From: Saprospiraceae bacterium
Lineage (GTDB): Bacteria > Bacteroidota > Bacteroidia > Chitinophagales > Saprospiraceae
Direction: 5' to 3'
Assembly (NCBI GenBank): GCA_029263015.1
Contig: JAJCYI010000184.1
Location: 1,266 to 65,265 of the forward strand
Length of the DNA: 64,000 nt
The stretch's first letter is position 1; the number at the start of each line of letters is the position of its first letter. The notes below the pieces were generated by a model that ran no database searches, was not told where the DNA came from, and was given only the letters and a program-made list of their open reading frames with translations. Positions 1 to 7,455 of this stretch are shown here, piece by piece. The translations under genes were made by a program, and so were the position numbers.

Positions 1-449
1 TTGGCATAAAATAGTCGGAATGTACTTTTGGGTTCAGCGAGTAGGTGCGTTTTTATGATCGAAAAAATAGGCGTAATGCCACTTCCCGCTGCGAATGCAA
101 CATAGTTTTTCTGTTTCTCCTTATCAATCTTAACGAAAAAACGCCCATTGGGCGGCATCACTTCAACAGTGTCTCCTTTTTGTAAAACCTCATTGGCAAA
201 AGTCGAAAACCTGCCATCTTCTACTTTTTTTACCGCCACCCTCCATTCCTTATCGAATGGGGAAGAACACAACGAATAAGTACGCCGGATTTCTTCGCCA
301 TTGATGGTGGCTTTCAAGGTGAGGTGCTGCCCTTGCGAATACTGGAAATCATCCTGCCACTCGTCTTTTATGTCAAAGGTGATCAACGCACAATCGGAAG
401 TGGTTTTATGGATTCCCTTTATGGGTAGTGGATAAAATTTAGTGGCCAT
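1..449 (-). CDS. PaaE/PaaK-type phenylacetate-CoA oxygenase reductase subunit (FNR-like), N-terminal part; the rest lies outside the window
   Basis: Open at the window edge, so absent from the ORF track. Hand translation from ATG (447-449, minus) gives MATKFYPLPIKGIHKTTSDCALITFDIKDEW...GEEIRRTYSLCSSP...VAVKKVEDGRFSTFAN...GDTVEVMPPNGRF...AFAAGSGITPIFSIIK. This carries the RxYS FAD-binding motif and the GSGITP NAD(P)-binding motif. Confidence 0.75.
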   Translation of the reverse strand, partial: MATKFYPLPIKGIHKTTSDCALITFDIKDEWQDDFQYSQGQHLTLKATINGEEIRRTYSLCSSPFDKEWRVAVKKVEDGRFSTFANEVLQKGDTVEVMPPNGRFFVKIDKEKQKNYVAFAAGSGITPIFSIIKTHLLAEPKSTFRLFYA

Positions 450-477
450 GAAGTGAAGATAACTTTTGTTTCCGCAA

Positions 478-495
478 AACTAACACTTGTTAGTT
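478..495. promoter_or_regulatory. Perfect palindrome AACTAACA-CT-TGTTAGTT about 30 nt upstream of the PaaE-like start; candidate operator
   Basis: 8-bp arms with a 2-nt spacer, read directly from the sequence. Position is consistent with a repressor site. Confidence 0.3.
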
Positions 496-564
496 AGAAC
501 GCCAAAAGCACGGTTTGGTTTAACAATGGACGGGACTTCGGTACTGTATCAATAGGGTTTCTAT

Positions 565-1083
565 TTATCTCGACATCTCGTCGTATTTCCGGATGACATT
601 TTCTGTGATGTTGACCTTGTCGTTCATGTATACGATATTAGAATTAGGGCCATAATTGAGCACCAAATCCAAGCCCATTTCTAAGGCGACCTGCCTGATC
701 AATGGAGCAAGTTCTTTTTGCATTTGTTCCAATCCATCATTTATTTTCATTTGGCTTTCACGCTCGGCATCTTCCTGGCTTCGCTTGATTTGGGTCTGCA
801 TATTTTGCAACTCCAGCGCAACTTCCTGGCGTTTGGTTTCGCTCATACTGGCAGCTTTCGCTTGGGCGTCTTTGCTTTTGTCCTGATATTGCGTTACCAT
901 AGCATCAAGTTTGTTTCTCTTTGCCAGTTGAAATGCATTGATTTCATCGAAAAAAGCCTTTCCTTTAATCGATTTCTGAACGACAGCATCGGCATCGACT
1001 ACACCAATTATTGTTCCTTGGGCTTTCAAATCATTGGCGCTGAATGCTAACCATACCAACAAACCAAAAAACAGATTTTTCAT
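565..1083 (-). CDS. OmpH/Skp family periplasmic chaperone
   Basis: 172-aa ORF with a signal peptide (MKNLFFGLLVWLAFSANDLKAQ) followed by a long K/Q/E-rich coiled-coil region typical of Skp. Confidence 0.85.
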   Translation of the reverse strand: MKNLFFGLLVWLAFSANDLKAQGTIIGVVDADAVVQKSIKGKAFFDEINAFQLAKRNKLDAMVTQYQDKSKDAQAKAASMSETKRQEVALELQNMQTQIKRSQEDAERESQMKINDGLEQMQKELAPLIRQVALEMGLDLVLNYGPNSNIVYMNDKVNITENVIRKYDEMSR

Positions 1084-1283
1084 AATTTTTCTTTTTGATT
1101 TATTATAAAAATAATAGGCAAACTTTAATGCGAACTGGCGCTACCAAATACCCGAAATAGCATCAGTGGCACAATATAGTAATATAGTTCCATTCGACCG
1201 CTCAAGCAAGTGCGGCAGTGTTTTAACTTCGCTTCCTCACCGCATTTATCTGCATCCTCGTAATCAATCCTTCCAATTTCAAC

Positions 1284-2375
1284 TTATTTATGGCTTTTCA
1301 CTAAGGTTTTTTCTATTTGAGGGATCAAACCTTTTGCAATTAGAAAATGGCCATGTTCATTCCAATGATAGCCATCACCTGCAAATGGCGTTGTCCCTTT
1401 ATTTTTCGAAAATGTACAAAGCCGTGAGGGCTCTTCTGCAAATGGGATTTTATATTTTGAAAAAATATTCCTGAATATCACAATCTGCGGGCTGAAACTA
1501 TCAGCTGAGAAAGCGAGCATTTTGGTATTTTCAGGCAACCTGTTTTTTATTTTGACAATAATATCCTCCGTAATTTTTGCCGACCTGACCAGTGGTGGAT
1601 ATTTCATTTTCAGATTGGAAACATAATATTCAGCTGGATGCCATTCTTTTCCTTTTAATTTTCCGGTCAGCACTTTCCATTTTACATCCAGCCATTTGAA
1701 AAATAATATTTTTTTCTGCAATTCTTCCCACTGGCTAATAGGCCGTTCATAAAAAATTTGCCCCAAAGAATCGAGATAGGGACGACGTTCGCTGACTTTA
1801 TATGCAGCCAGCCGCTCCATCTCGGGCGTGTTGTCAATAAAATCATTATTGCAAACTTCCAGCACCAAAAGGTCTGGACTTATGGTGTCGATCCACCTAT
1901 CCATTGTCAAATATTCCTGCAAAGTGCCATAGCCGCCAGCCGCCAAAACAAACACCTCTACATCCAGGCTGTCCTTTATTAAATTGAAAAAAGATTTTTC
2001 ATTGGATACCTCTATGCTTGCTGTATAAGAATCGCCGATGAAAAATATTTTAGGTTTATCCGAATCTATATTGCCGAATTCTTTAAACCCATTTTCATCG
2101 TATTTTACATTTATTCCATATTCCTCCCCAGCCTTGTCCTTGGCTTTTTTCTTCATTGAAAAAGCTGGTTTTATTTTCCAGCCAAGCACATCGTCCTTTT
2201 CTGAATAGAAAACCTGGGTCATGGCTCTGGGTAGTGGGCCATATTCCTTTTTAAAAAAATTACGGATAATTGTTTCACCAATTAGTAAAATGAGAAAAAG
2301 GAAAGTAGAAAAGATAATAATTGTAAACAAGAATTTCCGGCGAGAAGACAGGAGAGGTTTTGATGTTGACACCAT
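1284..2375 (-). CDS. SGNH/GDSL-type hydrolase with N-terminal membrane anchor
   Basis: 363-aa ORF. Block I is FFIGDSYT, the C-terminal block is GDGYHWNEHGH (DxxH-like), and there is a single N-terminal TM helix. Confidence 0.7.
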   Translation of the reverse strand: MVSTSKPLLSSRRKFLFTIIIFSTFLFLILLIGETIIRNFFKKEYGPLPRAMTQVFYSEKDDVLGWKIKPAFSMKKKAKDKAGEEYGINVKYDENGFKEFGNIDSDKPKIFFIGDSYTASIEVSNEKSFFNLIKDSLDVEVFVLAAGGYGTLQEYLTMDRWIDTISPDLLVLEVCNNDFIDNTPEMERLAAYKVSERRPYLDSLGQIFYERPISQWEELQKKILFFKWLDVKWKVLTGKLKGKEWHPAEYYVSNLKMKYPPLVRSAKITEDIIVKIKNRLPENTKMLAFSADSFSPQIVIFRNIFSKYKIPFAEEPSRLCTFSKNKGTTPFAGDGYHWNEHGHFLIAKGLIPQIEKTLVKSHK

Positions 2376-2523
2376 TTTTGGAAAATAATAATTACGTGAT
2401 TCCTAATTGTAGCTTTTTTGACAGTCCTGCACCAGCAGCGTGGTCACAGGACCTAACTTTTGTTTATGCACTAATGTACGATTCGAACACCACCGAATCT
2501 GGGGATTCGGTGTACATTGTACC

Positions 2524-3090
2524 TCACTTCCTCAAGCCAACGATCAGCACCCTCTTAATCTGTCCTTCCAATTTCAACTGGTTGATTTCCTTATGTTTAG
2601 AATACCATGAGTAGAGCCACCGCAGTGTGGAAAGGGTAGAGAAAAGGGCGATGTCCACGTCTATTTTGTTGAAATGGCCAGCATCCATGCAGTCGGTGAG
2701 TATTTGGCGAAAGCCGTCTTCATAATTGTCTCGGAGGGTTAGGAATTCTTGCTTGGGTCGTTCATCCAAATGCACCCACTCGCCGGTGAGCAGGGAGATG
2801 GCATCGGTGTGCTCGACCGTGTAGCCGACATAATCGGCAATGAGGCGTTCCAGTTTTTCCACTGGGCCGAGCGGGGCGTTTTGCACTTCTTCCATGCTTT
2901 GGGTGAACAGGCGGGCCATGTCCATCAACAGTTCCCGGAGCAGTTCTTCTTTGCTGGAAATGTGGTTGTAGAGACTGGCAGCCTTCACGCCAACAGCATC
3001 GGCGAGCAACCGCATGTTGGTGGCCTTGTAGCCCTGCTTGCGGAATAAGCGGGCGGCGTGGTCTTTTATTTGTTGGCGTTTAGATTTCAA
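2524..3090 (-). CDS. TetR/AcrR family transcriptional regulator (apparent TTG start)
   Basis: 188-aa ORF with an N-terminal HTH (AARLFRKQGYKATNMRLLADAVGVKAASLYNHISSKEELL). The first in-frame ATG would cut the HTH, so the TTG at 3088-3090 is the likely start. Confidence 0.9.
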   Translation of the reverse strand: MKSKRQQIKDHAARLFRKQGYKATNMRLLADAVGVKAASLYNHISSKEELLRELLMDMARLFTQSMEEVQNAPLGPVEKLERLIADYVGYTVEHTDAISLLTGEWVHLDERPKQEFLTLRDNYEDGFRQILTDCMDAGHFNKIDVDIALFSTLSTLRWLYSWYSKHKEINQLKLEGQIKRVLIVGLRK

Positions 3091-3113
3091 GGGACAAAAG
3101 TAGAGAGAATCCA

Positions 3114-3144
3114 GGTATCGGACACCTCAAAGGTGTCCGATACC
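3114..3144. repeat. REP-A hairpin GGTATCGGACACCT-CAA-AGGTGTCCGATACC
   Basis: Perfect 14-bp stem with a 3-nt loop, immediately 3' of the RayT gene. Confidence 0.9.
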
Positions 3145-3153
3145 TAAACGCAC

Positions 3154-3786
3154 TTAATGCTCGAAATTATCCTTGAACTCCTGATGTGCTTTCACGAATG
3201 ATTCCAAATTGGCGTAGGTCCTCAGCACGGGCAACGTTGAAAGGTCCTTCAATTTTTTTTCGTTGATGAAATATAGATAGGAACTTTGTGGCCAATCTTC
3301 AAACGAAGCACAAAACCCATGGTGGATGGGATTGTGATGAATATACTCAATGAAAAACTTGAACCGGGAGAGGTCACCTGCCAATGTACGCTTGAATTTG
3401 GCCTTAAAAAGGCTTCCCCGCCGTTCCTCTTGCTTGTTGATGGCATTGGAAAAACTGGTAAAGAACCGCTTGAACTGGCTTTCGTAAAAGGTGTTTGGTG
3501 CAATTTTACCAGCCAGAAATGCAATGGCTTTTTTGGTATTTTCCTTTTCAACGAGCGCCATGATTTCGTGGGTTAAATCCTTTGCCTTACTCAGCATGTG
3601 GAAATGATTTGGCATTAAGCAAAAAGCGTAATTGGTGAAATAGGGAGAAATGTACTTGTTCCATTGTTGCCAAAAGAAATCGTAATTGCGAGGTTGGATG
3701 AAGAGGTTCTCGTCGCCGACAGCTTGGTTGTAAATGTGGTAACAGTGGTTAGGTTTGAGCGTTGCCCAGAAGTTAGTTTTCGCCAT
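3154..3786 (-). CDS. REP-associated tyrosine transposase (RayT, IS200/IS605-like Y1 HUH protein)
   Basis: HUH motif in LMPNHFHML and the catalytic-Tyr region FFIEYIHHNPIHHGF. The track ORF extends to 3831, but that extension runs through a REP hairpin, so ATG at 3784-3786 (MAKTNFW...) is preferred. Confidence 0.8.
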   Translation of the reverse strand: MAKTNFWATLKPNHCYHIYNQAVGDENLFIQPRNYDFFWQQWNKYISPYFTNYAFCLMPNHFHMLSKAKDLTHEIMALVEKENTKKAIAFLAGKIAPNTFYESQFKRFFTSFSNAINKQEERRGSLFKAKFKRTLAGDLSRFKFFIEYIHHNPIHHGFCASFEDWPQSSYLYFINEKKLKDLSTLPVLRTYANLESFVKAHQEFKDNFEH

Positions 3787-3801
3787 CGTGTTTGGTTTTA
3801 A

Positions 3802-3832
3802 AGTGTCGGACACCTCTGAGGTGTCCGACACT
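3802..3832. repeat. REP-A variant hairpin AGTGTCGGACACCT-CTG-AGGTGTCCGACACT
   Basis: Perfect 14-bp stem with a 3-nt loop, directly 5' of the RayT start. Confidence 0.9.
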
Positions 3833-3876
3833 TGGGTTTCGAAGATGGCCTAAGATAATAAAAAGTTGAGATTTTA

Positions 3877-3907
3877 GGTATCGGACACCTTCAAGGTGTC
3901 CGATACC
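3877..3907. repeat. REP-A hairpin GGTATCGGACACCT-TCA-AGGTGTCCGATACC
   Basis: Perfect 14-bp stem with a 3-nt loop. Stem is identical to the copy at 3114. Confidence 0.9.
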
Positions 3908-3915
3908 TTTGGCAA

Positions 3916-6270
3916 TCACTCGATCCACAACCGCACACCCACATATCCTCTCGCACCTACCAGCGGTGCATAAACCTGCATGGCATCGAAATACTCACCG
4001 AATGGGTTCTGTGGATCTATGATAGCGTTTTCCTGCGTATAATTGGTCAGGTTCTCGCCACCCATATAGATTTCCCACTTTTTGAAACGGCGGGTGACCT
4101 GGGCATTGACCAAAACATAAGCTGGAGAAGATCCTTCAAAATGTTCTGCATTTGGAACTGAAGCATTTAAATGGCCCTGATGGGCAAATTGCATGCTCCC
4201 CACAAATTGCATGTTGGTGTTGAACATCCAGTTATCGTCTTTGGTCTTGTAATCAATAGCCGCTAATCCCCGATGGGTCGTTGTAAGAGGTCGTTGCTGC
4301 AGGCGTTCACTCCTATTCAGATAAGGTGGATGGTAAGTTGTCTGAACATCGTTGTATTTATAGGCCAGTTTGATGTTGAAACCATCAAATGCTTCCCAGG
4401 TGGTCAGGAGCAACATGCTGTTGGAATAACTGCGACCGTTCAAATTGTAAAAGACGATCTCTTTGTGCTCGGTTTCCCGGTCGGCAACGATCTGGTTTTG
4501 GAAATCGGTCCGGTAGAAGTCGGCAACAAACCCTGCTTTGCGCCCTAGGAACTGGAAGTTTTTGGTTAAATTTAAACCCACATTCCAGGCATCTTCCATT
4601 TCCAGTTTTTCCAGTATAACAAAGGGTTGGTTGGTGGCTAACATGCTTAAATTTTCAGCCAAGACCTGCGCTGAACGAACACCCCTGCCCCCACTCACTC
4701 TTATGATGCTGTTCTCATTGAAATTGTATTTCAAATTTACCCTTGGCGTAACAAATGTGCCAAATTGGTTGTGATGATCAGCACGTAATCCAGCGATCAG
4801 GCCGAACCCAGATGGGCCAGCATAAACATATTCTGCATAAACTCCCGGCATGATTTCCTTTCTACTAAAATCAGCCTCGTCCAAAAATTCTTCAACATCA
4901 TCGTATTGGTAGTTGACGCCGAGGTTCAGTTTGTGGTCGGTCGTTCCCAAAATGGTTGCGTACATCAAATGGGCGTATAGCCGCTGTTGCTCACCCCTGT
5001 AATAAGTCCTGCCAAAAACATTGTCCGTTTCGTGCCAAGAAGCATTGTAAATAAAACCAATGGAAGTTCCTGGTTTGTCGAAGCCAAGAAAGCCAATTTT
5101 ACCAAAAAGATCAGCCCGGCGGTTGAATTGGCGGATGCGGTAGTAATCAGAAGGATCCTGGATGTCGCTGGGGAGTAATTGCCCGCTTTCCCGCTCATCC
5201 CGAATTACCTGAAGGTTGATTTGCGAACGGATATTTTCTCCACGGTAAAATGTGCGGAACAAGCCGTTCAGGGTTTCCTTTGTTGGCTGATCCTGAAAAG
5301 AATCGTTGTTTTTGTCAAACTCGCCCTGGGTCGTGCTGCCGTGCAGCAGTACGCCACTGCTCCACTTTTCGTCCCATTCTTTATTAGCATGCAAATTGAT
5401 TTCCCCCCGCTCCACGGTCGATCCAAATAGGTTTAGGAAAAATGGCTTGTCCTGAAATGGCTTTACCAGCTCCGTATTGATCTGTCCGGTCATTGCCTGA
5501 GGGCCATTCTGTACGGTGCTGGTGCCTTTTGATATCTGGATGCCGGAGACCCAGGTACCTGGAATGTAGTCGAGGGCCAAAGGCTGCGCCAATCCTGTGT
5601 ATGTGGGCCGTTTTTCCATCAACAATTGGGAATAAACGCCACGCAGGCCGAGCATTTGGATTTCCTTGGCGCTGGTAATGGCATCCTGCTGCATCACATC
5701 AATGGCGCCGTTGGTTTCAAAACTTTCGGCGAGGCTGCAACAAGCTGCTTTTTTTAGTTCCCCGCTACCTATGCGCTCCAGATTGATGGGGTCGAGCGTG
5801 GAGGTGTAATTGTCAGTCCCTTGACCGGTGATTTCTACTTCTACCAAATCAGTGATGCCTTCTATTTTAATATAAGCGGTGTCCTCGTGCGGGAACATTT
5901 CAATCAATACAGGATCGAAACCGACATAGCTTATTTCGAGGTTGGCCGTGGCCTCCATTTTGGGCAACCAAAAATCCCCGTTCATGTCAGTGATGGTGCC
6001 GATGGTAGTGCCTTCCCATTGAACAGTGGCAGCGATGAGGTTTTCGCCATCCTGGTTGAAGACGTTGCCGTAGAGCAGTTTTTGAGTACTGGTTTGGGCT
6101 TGACTGGTGGTGTGAAGTAAAAAATAAAAAGTAAAAAATAAAAAATGGAGGATTGGGTGGTTGTGGAATTGGGTTGATCGCCTTCTACTCGACTGAAAAC
6201 CAGTGTCTTGTCGAGCACATGATTTTTGTGTTGAGAAAAACGATAATGTGTAATTTATTAGCACTTTCAT
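3916..6270 (-). CDS. TonB-dependent receptor with N-terminal carboxypeptidase-regulatory-like domain
   Basis: 784-aa ORF. LYGNVFNQDGENLIAATVQWEG... matches a CarbopepD_reg-like fold, followed by plug and barrel, and the ORF ends in an aromatic-rich terminal strand (YVGVRLWIE). The start is uncertain because of a long N-terminal extension. Confidence 0.85.
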   Translation of the reverse strand: MKVLINYTLSFFSTQKSCARQDTGFQSSRRRSTQFHNHPILHFLFFTFYFLLHTTSQAQTSTQKLLYGNVFNQDGENLIAATVQWEGTTIGTITDMNGDFWLPKMEATANLEISYVGFDPVLIEMFPHEDTAYIKIEGITDLVEVEITGQGTDNYTSTLDPINLERIGSGELKKAACCSLAESFETNGAIDVMQQDAITSAKEIQMLGLRGVYSQLLMEKRPTYTGLAQPLALDYIPGTWVSGIQISKGTSTVQNGPQAMTGQINTELVKPFQDKPFFLNLFGSTVERGEINLHANKEWDEKWSSGVLLHGSTTQGEFDKNNDSFQDQPTKETLNGLFRTFYRGENIRSQINLQVIRDERESGQLLPSDIQDPSDYYRIRQFNRRADLFGKIGFLGFDKPGTSIGFIYNASWHETDNVFGRTYYRGEQQRLYAHLMYATILGTTDHKLNLGVNYQYDDVEEFLDEADFSRKEIMPGVYAEYVYAGPSGFGLIAGLRADHHNQFGTFVTPRVNLKYNFNENSIIRVSGGRGVRSAQVLAENLSMLATNQPFVILEKLEMEDAWNVGLNLTKNFQFLGRKAGFVADFYRTDFQNQIVADRETEHKEIVFYNLNGRSYSNSMLLLTTWEAFDGFNIKLAYKYNDVQTTYHPPYLNRSERLQQRPLTTTHRGLAAIDYKTKDDNWMFNTNMQFVGSMQFAHQGHLNASVPNAEHFEGSSPAYVLVNAQVTRRFKKWEIYMGGENLTNYTQENAIIDPQNPFGEYFDAMQVYAPLVGARGYVGVRLWIE

Positions 6271-6355
6271 GGATTACCTGAATTAATATGTCGTTCACAA
6301 ATGAAGCGTACACATGTTTTACAAAATGAATTTGAATAGAAATCCTATTGAAAGA

Positions 6356-6799
6356 CTAACAGCGGTAAGTTCCGATCCAGGGCAGTAGTTCTTTGCCAAA
6401 GGGTGGGGGAGGGAGATTAAATTCCCAAAGAAGGATCGTTGTACGAGTTGTTTTTAAATCAGAAAAAGAAAAAAGTGAATGGGTGTGAGCAGTTGCTGGG
6501 ATGTTGATTTTGAAGTTAAAACATGAAGAAAGATAATCAACATCGAGGTTAACATATTCTTCGGTACAATTGGGGCAATCCTTAGTATTTTGTTCAGATA
6601 GGGTATCGCAAATTTCAATATTACAACAAGATGCAGTTGTATCTATTTCGGAACCCCCATGACAACCAAACAGGCAGCAGGCACTAAAACCAATTGAAGC
6701 AATCACCACGATTGCGGTCAAAAAGGCTATAGTTATATGACGTGTTGTTTTGTTCAAGAAAGAAAATTTATGCAAAGATAATCGCAAAGCGAATGCCAA
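6356..6799 (-). CDS. Small Cys-rich membrane-anchored protein (possibly HYC_CC_PP-like); start uncertain (TTG)
   Basis: 147-aa ORF with one TM helix, then CC..GCHGG...SCCNIEIC...CPNC and a PPPP motif near the C-terminus. It lies directly downstream of the TonB-dependent receptor. The family name is from memory only. Confidence 0.5.
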   Translation of the reverse strand: MAFALRLSLHKFSFLNKTTRHITIAFLTAIVVIASIGFSACCLFGCHGGSEIDTTASCCNIEICDTLSEQNTKDCPNCTEEYVNLDVDYLSSCFNFKINIPATAHTHSLFSFSDLKTTRTTILLWEFNLPPPPFGKELLPWIGTYRC

Positions 6800-6837
6800 G
6801 GAGATGAAAAGGGGTAATTTGTATGGTATTAACAGAA

Positions 6838-7401
6838 TTAGAGGCCGAAGATGTCTGTTACAGGAATGGTCAAGTCAGGAATACTTGATACTTCAATTTG
6901 GTCACCAGGAAAATAGAGCCGTTTTGTGAGATACCCTTTTAGAGACGGATCGGTAAAAACGAATATTTTAGAATTGTTTAAATCTACAACCCAAGATTCG
7001 GCAATGCCGGCTTTGGCATAAAGGGGCATTTTTAATTCCTGATCTTTTTCTAGGGTTGTATCTGAAACTTCGATAATGAGCGGTATATCAGTTGGAGTAG
7101 GTTTTTTATTGTCGTAAAAATTCTTTTTATAATTCAAAACAGCAATGTCAGGTTCAGGTTCAGAATAGTCATTGATACACACAGGGTTTTGGATACTGAG
7201 GATGTAATCGTCTGATAGCATTTTCTTGAAAATCCAAGTAAAACGATTAACTGTTGCGAGGTGTTTAATTCCGATGGGGCTCATGGTAATGATATTTCCA
7301 CTGATCAATTCTACTTTTTCATCTTCGGCAAGTACACCAGCCTTCACCATTCGGTGATAATCTTCTCTAGTGAATAGCTTTTGATCTATGTGCAGGGTCA
7401 T
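6838..7401 (-). CDS. Uma2 family endonuclease (DUF820)
   Basis: Motifs KVELISGNIITMSP, EPEPDIAV, LIIEVSD and AKAGIAESWVVD. The ATG at 7399-7401 is preferred over the TTG-extended track ORF. Confidence 0.85.
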   Translation of the reverse strand: MTLHIDQKLFTREDYHRMVKAGVLAEDEKVELISGNIITMSPIGIKHLATVNRFTWIFKKMLSDDYILSIQNPVCINDYSEPEPDIAVLNYKKNFYDNKKPTPTDIPLIIEVSDTTLEKDQELKMPLYAKAGIAESWVVDLNNSKIFVFTDPSLKGYLTKRLYFPGDQIEVSSIPDLTIPVTDIFGL

Positions 7402-7455
7402 GCAAATTGTTTTATCAAAGATACATGAATTAAGAATGTAGAACAACGCAACGGA

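Noticed and set aside
2470-2520. tRNA-like TTCGAA sequence and hairpin CACCGAATC-loop-GATTCGGTG
   Set aside because: No acceptor, D or anticodon arms can be drawn, and the flanks of TTCGAAT do not pair as a T-stem. More likely a terminator hairpin of the TetR gene.
3787-3831. N-terminal extensions of track ORFs (also 46860-46910, 48654-48704, 7402-7446, 12108-12125, 52304-52336)
   Set aside because: The extensions start at non-ATG codons or run through REP hairpins or repeat arrays. Internal ATGs give proper signal peptides or family-typical N-termini.
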